A stretch of 59,224 nucleotides of DNA, counting the filler, from Gonapodya sp. JEL0774 (lineage: Eukaryota): NCBI GenBank assembly GCA_027604505.1. It is 4 parts of 4 records of this genome, joined end to end, with 100 filler letters (N's around TTAATTAATTAA, not from the genome) between each part and the next. Parts side by side here need not be neighbours in the genome. Positions count along the whole stretch, not along the records: positions 1 to 14,861 come from JADIIX010000305.1; 3 more parts are not named here. One strand, given 5' to 3'. The notes beneath the pieces are model-generated. The model was not told the DNA's origin. It ran no database searches and saw only the letters and a list, made by a program, of their open reading frames with translations. Below are positions 1-10,500 of this stretch, one piece after another; the first letter of the stretch is position 1, and each line of letters opens with the position of its first letter. The position numbers and the translations under genes were made by a program.

Positions 1-2156
1 TTTTTTATATGAATTTTATGCCAAGACACGTCATCGCTGAGCGTGTGAAGTGGTTGTGTTCCGTGGGAGTGGGAAACCTGACAAGATTCGCACACGGCTG
101 GGCCTTTTGATCCGTCCGTTGTTCTTTAATCATGCGATCAAGCCAGAAATTGTTTCCTGCAAATATCTCTTGAGTATTAAAGCAATGTCATGATCTAGGG
201 TGGATTTGGGATGAAATTGCTACTGTGAGAACGGAATGTTTGCGCTGTGCGAATCTGCATCACTGGTCAAAACCTTTCGGCTCTCTACTTTCCGACAGAA
301 GAGATCCCTTTGTGCGCTCGTGCAAACGAGAAAATACATTGTTCATTCGAATCTGGAAAAGTCTAGTGGAGCTAACACGTATGTAGCAAAGTACTTGATG
401 TCAGTCCGTTACTGTAGCATCCAGGAAATTTTGGGAGACACCGATCGAACCAAAATGGAAGATCATTCAATCAAACAGCAGGGTGACTTTTGTGCACAGT
501 TAAGAAATTTTGATCTTGCTATTTTGGATGATGTTTTATTGAAGGTCAACCAAGCGCCACTAAGTATCGACCAGCGGCCCTTTGTGCAAGTCAACTGGTC
601 CACGCCCATTCTGTAAATTTACTTCCTACACTTTCAATCGTCTATTGATACAGGTGCATCGTTATAGAGGCACTCTCCATCGCTCCCTAAACACGAGCGT
701 TTCAACATCCAATATCACAGGATCCTTGAAACACCGCAGAAAATGAGAGAGCACGTTTTGGTTTTGAGGCATCAGAGATGTCTGCGATTTGGGTGTTGAA
801 GGAAGTTTTCGTGATTCAGCGGTGAAAATTCTCTCTCATGCACGCCAATCGCCTCTCGTCCAGTTTCTCACCTTGGACCCGGCCCGCCAGAACAATAGAT
901 CAGATCGTCACTAAGTTTGCACAAACACACCATACACTACTGCATTTTCATAGTGAATGTTGTGATCAATCGGGATGTGGCAGGACTGGCTCATGCTGAG
1001 AGTACAGTTGACAGATGAGTCGCCATGGGAACTTTGTGTCGAGGGAATCAGATTGACGCAAAAGCCGGATTTATGTAGCTATTTTCTCGCGCTTTCGAGA
1101 GTGATCGGTCCAAGCATCGAAGAATAATGACGATAAGCAGCTACATATGATCATTCATCGAGCGGATGGTGTCACCCACGTACGCGAACATATAACTGAC
1201 ATCATTTAGCGTCCTCACTATAACTATTGGCTTAACTTGTCTGGAGTCCCGGAAAATCTATGCGTATTGTCATAAAGGGAAACATTTCCGCGTCTCATGA
1301 CCAATCAGATTATGACGTGAGTAGCGACTCAGCCGGGCCGAACGACTAATCGTTTGATCCACCTCTTCAAAAAAAATCTGGCTGACAAGACTAAACACAT
1401 TTCCGAGCTTGCCTTGTCACTTTCACAAAGCGTCCCGCACAGCTGTGTCAGAATTACGACTATATCAGAATGATTCTTGCAGCTGTGAAAAGCATGCAAG
1501 CTTCGTGATATCGGGAACAGTCTTCGGTATCTCATGCAACATGTCATCCGTGATGAATCATTTGCTGGTTCGGGTCGCTGAAGGTGCGGTTGGTGGGGTG
1601 CCCACGAAAAATGGCGTCATGCACACGGCACGGGCTTGGGGTGATTGTCGATGGGTGATTTCGACACAAAGACTGAACGGATGCTTGTTGTGTTACTGTT
1701 ACTAGACTAGAAAGTTGAAGGAGCGAGGTTTCCAGTCTCTGATATTCTTTTTGCGATGCATTTGGGTGCTTGAACTTTATATAAATGAATGTACTCATAG
1801 TACGGCAGTCAGAGCGAATAGTGTTCGTCTCGAAAACCATGATAATGTTTCAGAAAGCTTATAAGAAGAAAATAGCGAAACGTTCGCGCATGGCCACGTG
1901 GGCCTTCCCTTTATTGGGTGATGTGGAGTGATACGTGGCGACTGTGCCTTCTCGGACAATCAATTGTAACCGTACCTCCGCACATCAAAACTCTCACCAT
2001 CCCCCATTTATTTCTCCATTCCCTTCTGGATATCAAGCCACTTTAAAGCTTCAGAGATCCGAGCGTTCGAGCTACTGAATTTCTCACCTAAGCTTGGCCA
2101 ACTCTGTCGTCTTCCTCGACTCCAATTCACGTCATCATAACCAAACAACAATCGCA

Positions 2157-2813
2157 ATGGACATGGACTGGTGCATAGTGTGCTCCTCCCACGTAGAGGA
2201 AAGCGAATTGTACTGCTCTGAGGCCTGCAAGGTGTGTTCGAAATGCCTGGGTAGAGAATACTCCAGTGACCTTCTTGCTGATTCCGTCGGCTTCCCTCCT
2301 CCGATTCTCCATCGACAGGCATCAGACGTTTCTCATCGATCATCTGCGTTGACTATTGCAATAGTACCTTCTTCGCCTGCTTCCACGGCTTCGTTCGATG
2401 ATCTCTCGAGCTCCCCCACTTCAAGCTCTGGCTCCACATTGTTCGCGTTGGATGAGCTTTCAGCTACACCCTCAACAGAACGATCATTTCATATGGCTGG
2501 AGCTTATTCGGCAACTTCTCCCTTCGGATTCTTCCTCAGCAGGACCGACCGGGAGCGCAACTCCTCTGGCTTTGTTCCCGTTCCGGATTCTCTGTACCCT
2601 GGGGCGATGCCATACTCAGCCCAGCAAAAGCTCGCACCTGCAGCAGCCGGTGATGGCCCGCTGCACTTTGATAAGCTCTGGAAATCGCCATCCCGGGATG
2701 CACAGAGTACTGCTTTGTGCGGCCAACAGGATTTTCCGGAGCGCCTAAGTTCCAAGCAGGATTTTATCATGGACGTGAGTTCATGCAACATGCCACATCT
2801 CACTGGACTGTAA
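2157..2813 (+). CDS. ECL1: Ecl1-domain (extender of chronological lifespan family) protein with S-rich tail
   Basis: ATG at 2157 gives MDMDWCIVCSSHVEESELYCSEACK (CxxC...LYCSExC, Ecl1 Cys motif). Removing the in-frame 87-nt GT-AG intron 2232-2318 gives ...EACKASD, matching the usual C-x-x-x-D end of the motif. Confidence 0.75.
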   Translation: MDMDWCIVCSSHVEESELYCSEACKVCSKCLGREYSSDLLADSVGFPPPILHRQASDVSHRSSALTIAIVPSSPASTASFDDLSSSPTSSSGSTLFALDELSATPSTERSFHMAGAYSATSPFGFFLSRTDRERNSSGFVPVPDSLYPGAMPYSAQQKLAPAAAGDGPLHFDKLWKSPSRDAQSTALCGQQDFPERLSSKQDFIMDVSSCNMPHLTGL

Positions 2814-3634
2814 GCTCATCCGATTGCACATTCCGTTGCAGGACTCCAACATGCGCATGATTAGAGTGGGAGTCAGTTGTGAGAAAGTGAATACACCCTC
2901 TGCATCTCGAATTTCAGCTGGTGAGTAACAGATGTTGCATTCGCAATTTTCAATGAGTATCTCACCGTATTTGCCCTGCCATCAGCTACTTGCACTTGTT
3001 CCTCCTCGCGGCATGTTTGTTGTGCCACGAGTGACCACACTGCTATCTCTACCACTTCCTATAAGACTCTAGACAAACGCCGATTACGCTCCGGTCTCAA
3101 GATCGTAATTGATCCCCCGCAAGCACAAGACTCGCATCCTCAACACCTAGAGGCTTCTTCCTCGTTGAAGGAACAAGTCAACCCACGGATATCCGAACCT
3201 TGGGTAACGCGGCCCGCGCGATTTCGGTTTCAACAAACTTGGCGGGGTACAACAGGCGTGGAGTGTGCATAGCAGGCAACCGGACTGGGGAGAGGTGGAT
3301 TTGCGGGGTCTGGAACCTGGAGCGACCTCTCTTTGTATATAATGGACAGTCTAGAGCCGGGCTCATGTACATAGTACTCGCATTCTTATATTTGCAACTG
3401 AACACGTATCGATTGTTTGAATATTACGTTGCCATATACGCACTCATGAAATATGTACCAGCTGATCAACGTCACGAAAAGTTACAACCACTCTTCTCAT
3501 TATTCGTACACAATTCTCGGATTTTTGTTCTCATTCGAGATTGAAATACATTCTATTGAAGGCTGGCGGATCCGGACGGCCACAACCATGGTCATTCCGG
3601 GACTCTGTCTGAACCACTTAGTTGCCACCCGCCC

Positions 3635-5461
3635 ATGGCCCCATCAGACCCGAATCTCGGATGTGTCCTTGTAACCGGCGCGTCGGTGGGTTCAGGGGGT
3701 GCATGAACCGATCGTCCCAAATATCCAACTGATTGTCTTCGCAATGTCGCGATGTGTCGTCCTTGTAGGGCTATGTTGGAGGTATGGCACATTTGGTCCC
3801 TTTCTAGATCTTTTCTGACATCGGAATTCATCGTTCTAAATTGCTTTGGGGACCCGTTCTGAACTTTTGATCGCGAAATGGGGGGACACCATGATTATGA
3901 ACTGCCCTCATCGCATTTCTCGGCAGCTCATGTCTGTCTCCGCCTGCTCCGCTACAATTTTTCAGTTCGAGCGGCTGTCCGCTCGTCTGAAAAAGCCTTT
4001 GCCCTCACCTCTGCCCTCAGATTCGCATTAAAGGACGTTATGTATCTCCTCCCGGAAGACACGTGGAGAGGCACGCAACTCAGTGACGAGGATGAAACGG
4101 CGGCGAGGTTTGTTACTGTGATTATCCCTGATATGGAGGCCGAAGGCTGCTACGACGAAGCAGCGAACGATTGCACGGGGATCGTGCACGTTGCCTCACC
4201 CCTTTCCACAAGCAGAACGTACACAGATTACGAATCAGAGTTGGCAAGGTGTGACTTCAATGGCATTTACTTCTTTGCCGCTTGGTGCAGACCTGGCATA
4301 TATTGCTATAGGCCGATCCTCCGAGGCACCCAATCGATCCTACGCGCCGCCTCAGTTCACCCAACCATCCGCCGGGTCGTAATCACGTCTACATTTGGTT
4401 CGGTGCTGAGACCAGGGCAAGAACTTCCCTATACGTACGACGAAAGAGACTGGAATACGGACAGCACAGTGGAGGAAGGTGGTTTCAGCGCGTGTGAGTG
4501 TCTGCCAGTCGGGGCGCAAAAGAGGTGTTTTGGAGACATTGAAAAACGCTTAGTGTGGCTGAGTTGTGATGATATTTCATCCGTGTGTTTGAAGTTGCCG
4601 TGTTGCAACAACTATTCTCGTGCTTCCTTGCGGAAAGTTGTTATTCTTGAATCAGACTGGTTGGGATCGCGCTAAGGATTTTGGTGTGCTCAATTATCTA
4701 ACCCTCAACTTAGATCGGGCGGCAAAAACTCGGGCGGAACGTTGGGCGTGGGACTATGTCTCCAAGCATACAGACAGCCACTTTGACCTTGTGACTCTGT
4801 GCCCGCCTCGTAAGTCCCCGCTTTTGCCGTGGAACTTTCTCTCGCTCACGAGCTTTATCTCGTGTCCGCACATTTTGTTACACGGTTCTCCCACGAATCG
4901 CCAAGAAATAATCGGCCCTCTCCTTCACCCTGCCGGCCGCTCAATCTGGGAATTCAGCCTCTCTAATATTCACTCGATCCTCGCACAACCACCGCCTGGT
5001 AGCTCTCTACTGCAAGGTGGTGCAGGATTTGTCGATGTCCGGGACGTTGCAGAAGCGCATGCGAGAGCTGTGGTGAGAAGTAGAGCCGTCGTGGGTGGGC
5101 AAAGGTGAGTTTGAGTCGTATGCCGGGTTTTGCAATCGCAAGCATGCAACCTACACGGACTTCGATGATGTCTCTTTGAAGAATTATTGTGGCAGAAGGA
5201 AGTCACACATGGACTCACTTCGGGCGTGAGATACGACTCCATGTGTCATCCCTCCAAGACCAGCGCAATGCAAGCAACGAAAATACCGGCTGCGTTGCTG
5301 ATCACGGAGACGAGCTCGGGGATGGAGGATTCGGCACCGAAGTCCCGCTCGTTTTCGGCATCAACAACACCAAGAGCAAGGCGCTTCTGGGGTTGTGCTA
5401 CCGCTCATTCGAGGACTCTGTAAGGGAAAGTATAGAGCAATACATGCTATTACAGCGGTAG
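3635..5461 (+). CDS. NAD(P)-dependent epimerase/dehydratase-type reductase (Gre2/aldehyde reductase II/DFR-like), multi-exon
   Basis: Spliced exons give CVLVTGASGYVG (Rossmann), VRAAVRS, GIVHVASP, RRVVITST, YDERDWN, catalytic YRAAK across the intron at ~4495-4713, FDLVTLCP and FVDVRDVAEAH. Stop at 5459-5461. Confidence 0.85.
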
Positions 5462-6096
5462 CCCGTGTAATCTGGACAGACGCCAATATCCAGGGCATCG
5501 CACTTGCAGCGGCAGATCCCACTTAGTTCTTTGTTTCGCGTCACAGCTTTCAAGACTCCTCTCTGCCGCAGCCACCATGGTATCCACCGAAAACTATCTC
5601 TACCAGCTCTTGAAGTGAACAGACAACTCTCACTGTGCAGTCTCGTGGATTGTAGAGGCGAGACGTGTGATCGCAGGCTTCTCTTCTCTGCCTAGAAACT
5701 GCAACTAGGCGAAAGCAGAATGGGATGCGATGCGAAAAGATGCAGCTGATCTCTTGACTCAGTGATTGATTCCTTGTTGCTCAGTGTTGTCATTTGGGCT
5801 CGTAGCTCGTCAACCGACCATCTGCGTCGCTCTGCACTGTGCTTCGGCCTATTTCAATCGCACTCGCCACGGTGGAGACAGAATGCGAATCCAGATCGCT
5901 CTCGCTCTTTCGAATCGTCATGTAAGAGTCTCCCCATCTGTTACTATGGTTCACGTCTCGTCTGGTCTAGTCGAGAGAGATATTGATTGAGATCCAATAC
6001 TATCACGTTTGGTCAAGGCGCCGACTGTCGTATCCGGTAAGTGGCAAATGCAGCCCCGGCTGGGCCGCGGTAAGGCAGAGAACAATGAAAATAAGG

Positions 6097-6580
6097 TGTC
6101 GGGGGAAAAAGGAGTATCCACGGAGCTATGGGCTTAGGGCGTAGTGGTTTGGTTAGTCAAGAGCACGAGCGCGATGTAAAGAACGAGAATAGAACGCCTA
6201 GAGAGAGAGAAGAATCGCCAGTGAGGGAGTGAGGAGCCAAGGGATGCCGATCACGAGAAGATAGGGACGAGGACGGGGACGAGCAAGGACCACACGATGT
6301 AAGAGGGAAAAGCCAGTGTATTCGTACGTAAAGTCTCTCTAGCCACTACTAAGAAGTTCGTCGTTTATAAGCTAAAGACTATGTGGTCGCGGGTCGCGCC
6401 GCAGTGTGCCACATGCCGCTGAGACCATACCCCAAGTACAAAATGTCCAAGAAAAGAGACCAAGTCCGACACCAAACTAACCTAATAAAGTCCAAGCGCC
6501 CCATGCGGCTAGTGTCCGAGATCCAGTTGCGCGAGATCCAGTCCGAATGCAACTTTCCATGTCAGGCCGAGACCCTGACA
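6097..6580 (-). repeat. 3' LTR (~484 bp)
   Basis: Starts TGTCGGGG at 6097. Inner end is inferred from the inverted terminus CCCTGACA at 6573-6580. TATA-like TTATAAA on the minus strand near 6365. The inner boundary cannot be confirmed because the other copy is truncated. Confidence 0.75.
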
Positions 6581-6757
6581 CTACTCCGGGGGCGAGAGAG
6601 TTCCGAACGTAAAGAAAGGCCCAAAAAGTCCGAGAGGGTGATCCCAGACTGACAAAAAGTACGTAAGAGATAGAAAAGAGACTGAGCCGAGGGAAAAAGA
6701 ATGAGTAGGAGTCGGAAAACGGAAAAGTTGCGAGATCCACGATCACCTGCATCCTAC

Positions 6758-7324
6758 TTAGGGCTGGTGGCCATAAGCGTTCGCGGGGTAGAGAAGCGGA
6801 AAAGAATACGTCGTCGTGTAGATGTAGTGAGTCTCGGTGTAGTAAGAGTGGTTGCTGACTGTGCCTTCCGAGTGGTTGTACGCCGGTGGGATGAAATAGT
6901 TGACCGGGTGCGGAGGCTGCTGTGGCTCGGGGTTCATGACAGGAATAGTGGTGACAGGATCATACTCATCTGGTTGATTCTGATGAGCAGATGTAGTGGC
7001 GACCTCCATCGTTGGCTCGATCTTGATGGGAGCGTCGGCTGGTTGGTCCGCGGAGGAGAAGTCGGAGGTGGAAGGTGGGACTGGGGAGGGAGAAGACGGA
7101 GAAGATGCCGGTGGCGGAATGGAATCTTGAGGAAGAACGGAGCCCGAAGAAGAAGCCAAAGAAGAACTTGGAGTGTTCTGAGTGCCGACGAGAGTAGCGA
7201 GGAATTGGTCAGCTTGAGCCGCGGGAGAGAGGGTGAGGGGCGTAAGGGTAGCCATGTGGTGGCGGCGATTGATACGGTTAGAGTGGCGAGCACGAGAAGA
7301 AGAAGAGCCAGACTTCCTAGACAT
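6758..7324 (-). CDS. Additional retrotransposon ORF3 (188 aa, S/P-rich, unknown function)
   Basis: ATG-initiated, same sense as gag/pol, between the pol stop (7550) and the 3' LTR. Basic N-terminus, IKIEP motif, Y/H/T-rich C-terminus, no evident TM segment. Confidence 0.45.
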   Translation of the reverse strand: MSRKSGSSSSRARHSNRINRRHHMATLTPLTLSPAAQADQFLATLVGTQNTPSSSLASSSGSVLPQDSIPPPASSPSSPSPVPPSTSDFSSADQPADAPIKIEPTMEVATTSAHQNQPDEYDPVTTIPVMNPEPQQPPHPVNYFIPPAYNHSEGTVSNHSYYTETHYIYTTTYSFPLLYPANAYGHQP

Positions 7325-7549
7325 GTCGAGAGTGTGTGGTGTTAGTTGAATGAATGAAATGGGTGGTGCAAGGCGTAAAGAGCAGCTTTTATCAGACGTG
7401 ATCAGATTCCGATGTATGTTGTGGATGTTACAATCTCAATCGCGGAAGCAAAAGCTGTTATCAGTCTTATCAAATCTATGGTGAGGTAGAGCCGTTTACT
7501 ATTTTTGGGAGTTTTTGATTGCGTATTTGGTGTGTCGGAACCAAAGGGC

Positions 7550-10500
7550 TCAGGTGGCGTCAGTGGCGTTTTGTGGCTTTCGATGTTCCCAGAGAGCGAA
7601 TTCGTTGAGTAGTTGCATGCAATGTCCACAATTGTAGAAGTCGTCGTTGAGGAGTTCCCATTTGCGTCGTGTTCCGTGTCTTTTGAGCAAGTATTCGAAT
7701 TGTCCATGTTTCCTTCTTCTTCCAATGATTCCTTCGAGTGTACAATTTGAATTCCTATCTAGTTGTTCTACTGGTTGTACGATTGGAGTCGGGGGACGTG
7801 CAATTCGTTTTCGGCGGCGAGTCTTAGGTTGGTCGTCGGGGCTGTCGGCTGAGGCATCCGAATGGTGAGTTTCGTCATCCTCACTTTTATCCAATGAAAC
7901 CATGGGCAGGACATGTCCATCATCCGGCGAAGCATCGTCTTGAATGTTCACGGGATGTTCGAGATGTTGGAATGGCAGTTGGAGGGGCTCATTAGAGTCC
8001 AGATCGTCCAGGTTGAGGAGGGGGTCAGGATTCCCATCTGCAACGTCAGCTGGCGGGCGGAGGAGGTCACGGGAAGCTCGATCAGAGTCGTCCATGGAGT
8101 AGTAGGGCTTGAGACGTTGTACGTGAGTGATGACCTTTTGTTCACGGCGTCGAACAGGCATGCTAATCGCGTATGTGACTGGTGAGATCTTTTCCACGAT
8201 ACGGAAAGGTCCACGCCATGGACGCAGGAGTTTCAGGACTTTACCGGAGTTGGGTTGGATGCGGGGGACGTAGAGCATGACGCGTTGTCCAACAGTGTAG
8301 TCGACATGTCGGTGTTTGAGGTCGTAGAGAGTCTTTTGATAGAGTTGTTGCCGAGTGATATTAGCTTTAACACGTACATAAGCAGCGTTTAAAGATTGTA
8401 CAATGTGTGCCCGAATGTTAGAAGCGTTATCAAATGTTTGCAGAGTGGCCGGAGCAGAGGTGGGGTCCGAAGGTGCGAGGAGTTCTGTAGCAAACGGGAT
8501 GTCAATAGGAAGTCGAGCGTCGCGTCCATACCTTAGAAAGAAGGGTGTTTCCAGAGTTGTGGGGTGGAAAGAGGTGTTGTATGCAAATGTTGCAGCGGCG
8601 AGGAATTGGTCCCAGTTCCGTTGGTCTTCGCGCACAAAAGCTGCGAGGAGCGAGCATACCGTTTTGTTGAAGCGCTCAGTGAGGGCGTTTGTCTGAGGGT
8701 GATATGCAGTGGTTCGAATACGTTCCGTGTTGAAAGTGTCGCAGATGTCCCGAATGAGTTGATGGAGAAGGTTGGCGCCTTGGTCGCTGAGAAGTCTTGC
8801 CGGTGCACCCGATTGAAAGATAACGTTTTGTAAGAGCCATTTTGCTATAGTGGGAGTGCGGGCGTTACGAAGAGCACCTGTCCATGCCCATTTGTCTCCG
8901 TCGTCGGTGACTACTACAATCCACTTGTTACCAGAGAGAGAGCGTCGAAAAGGGCCGAGGAGATCGATTCCTAGTGTATGGTTTGGCGAGGGAATGTCCT
9001 TGGGTTGTAAAAGACCTGGGGGTACCTGCGGGGGAGATTTCCGAGATTGGCAGTTGTGACAGTTGCGCACCCACTGACGAACGAATGTGGACATGCCAAT
9101 CCACCAAAACCGTCGTCTTACTGCTTCAAATGTGCGATTGCGACCAAAATGAGCGCCGCCAAATAGATTGTCGTGGAGGGCTCGAAGCACGTCGGGGGCT
9201 AGGGATGCCGGGAGAACTATTTGCCTGATCGTAATAGGGCGCCTCGGCGGAGTAGGAGGTGTCCAAAGATGCATCAAAAGATTCGTGTGTTTGTCAAGAG
9301 TGAAAAGGTTAAGTTGACCGAGAATGGAGCGTTCAATGGCCGAAGAGATGTCCTTTGGTCGGCGAAGAGGGGGTGAGTCGAGTTTTCGTGTTACAAGTGC
9401 CCGAATGTAAGATACTAGCGAATCTTCCTGTTGATATTCCACGAGTTCAGCAATCGTCCAAGGATTGATTTCCTGTGTCGGTGTGATGGCGTGAATGGTA
9501 ATTGGTTCGGTGTTGTGTGTTTCGAGTGTAAGGGGTCCAAAGAAGGTTGATGAGTTGCCTGTGTCGTTAAGAGAGCGAGCCGGCCAGGGAAAATTGTCGT
9601 CATATGGTTGTGCGTCGGATTCGGAGTCAGGTGTTGCATTGGGGTCAGGGTGTCGAGAGAGGTAGTCAGGGAGGTAGTGGAAGCGGCCTGGGCGGTGTGT
9701 GATTGTCATGTCGTATCCTCTAAGATCTTCCCACCAACGGAAAAGACGAGAGGTTGTGTCGCGAGCTTTCCAAAGCCAAAGAAGAGCACGATGGTCAGTG
9801 ATTGCTTCAAATTTCTGCAAGTAGAGGTAGTGCCGCAGTTTCTTCTTGATGGCCCACCAGAGTGCTAAGCATTCGATTTCCGGTGCGGCGTAACGCTTTT
9901 CGGTAGCTGTGAGTTTGCGAGAGAGACATAAGACCAAGCGAGGGTGTTCGACTCCAGGGTGGCGTTGTAGGAGGGCTGCCGAGATGCCGTCGTAGGAAGC
10001 GTCAGTTTCCAAGATTGTAGGTAGAGCGGGATCGAAAGTAGCGCGTTCAACTGCATTAGCGAGAGTATTTCGAACGTCTTCAAATTCTTGTTGATGAGCA
10101 GGTGTCCAAGTACCAGGGGGCCACTTGCCTTTGTAGGCGGCGTTGAGGGATTGTAGGAGTTTGGTGCGAAGTGCGTACTGTGGGATGAAGGACCGGTGGT
10201 AGCCTAATGCACCCAAAAAAGTTTCGAGCTCGGATTTGTTAGTTGGGGCGGTGACGCTGGTGATGGCGCGGACTTTGCGGGGGTCTGTGCTGATGCCGGT
10301 AGCGGTGACAATGTGACCAAGATAGGGAAGCGAGGGTGCACAGAAGGAACACTTCTTTGCCTTGATTGCCATGTTATAATCTGCTATACGTTGTAGTACA
10401 AGTGAAATGTGAAACAGATGCTCATCAAAGGTTCGGGAATAAATAATGCTGTCGTCCAGATAGACCAGAGCGCACCACCATTTGAGACCGGAGAGAAGAA

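Noticed and set aside
6701..7345. 214-aa plus-strand ORF antisense to ORF3
   Set aside because: R/G/V/W-rich composition is what the antisense of an S/P-rich, CT-rich strand gives; no motif.
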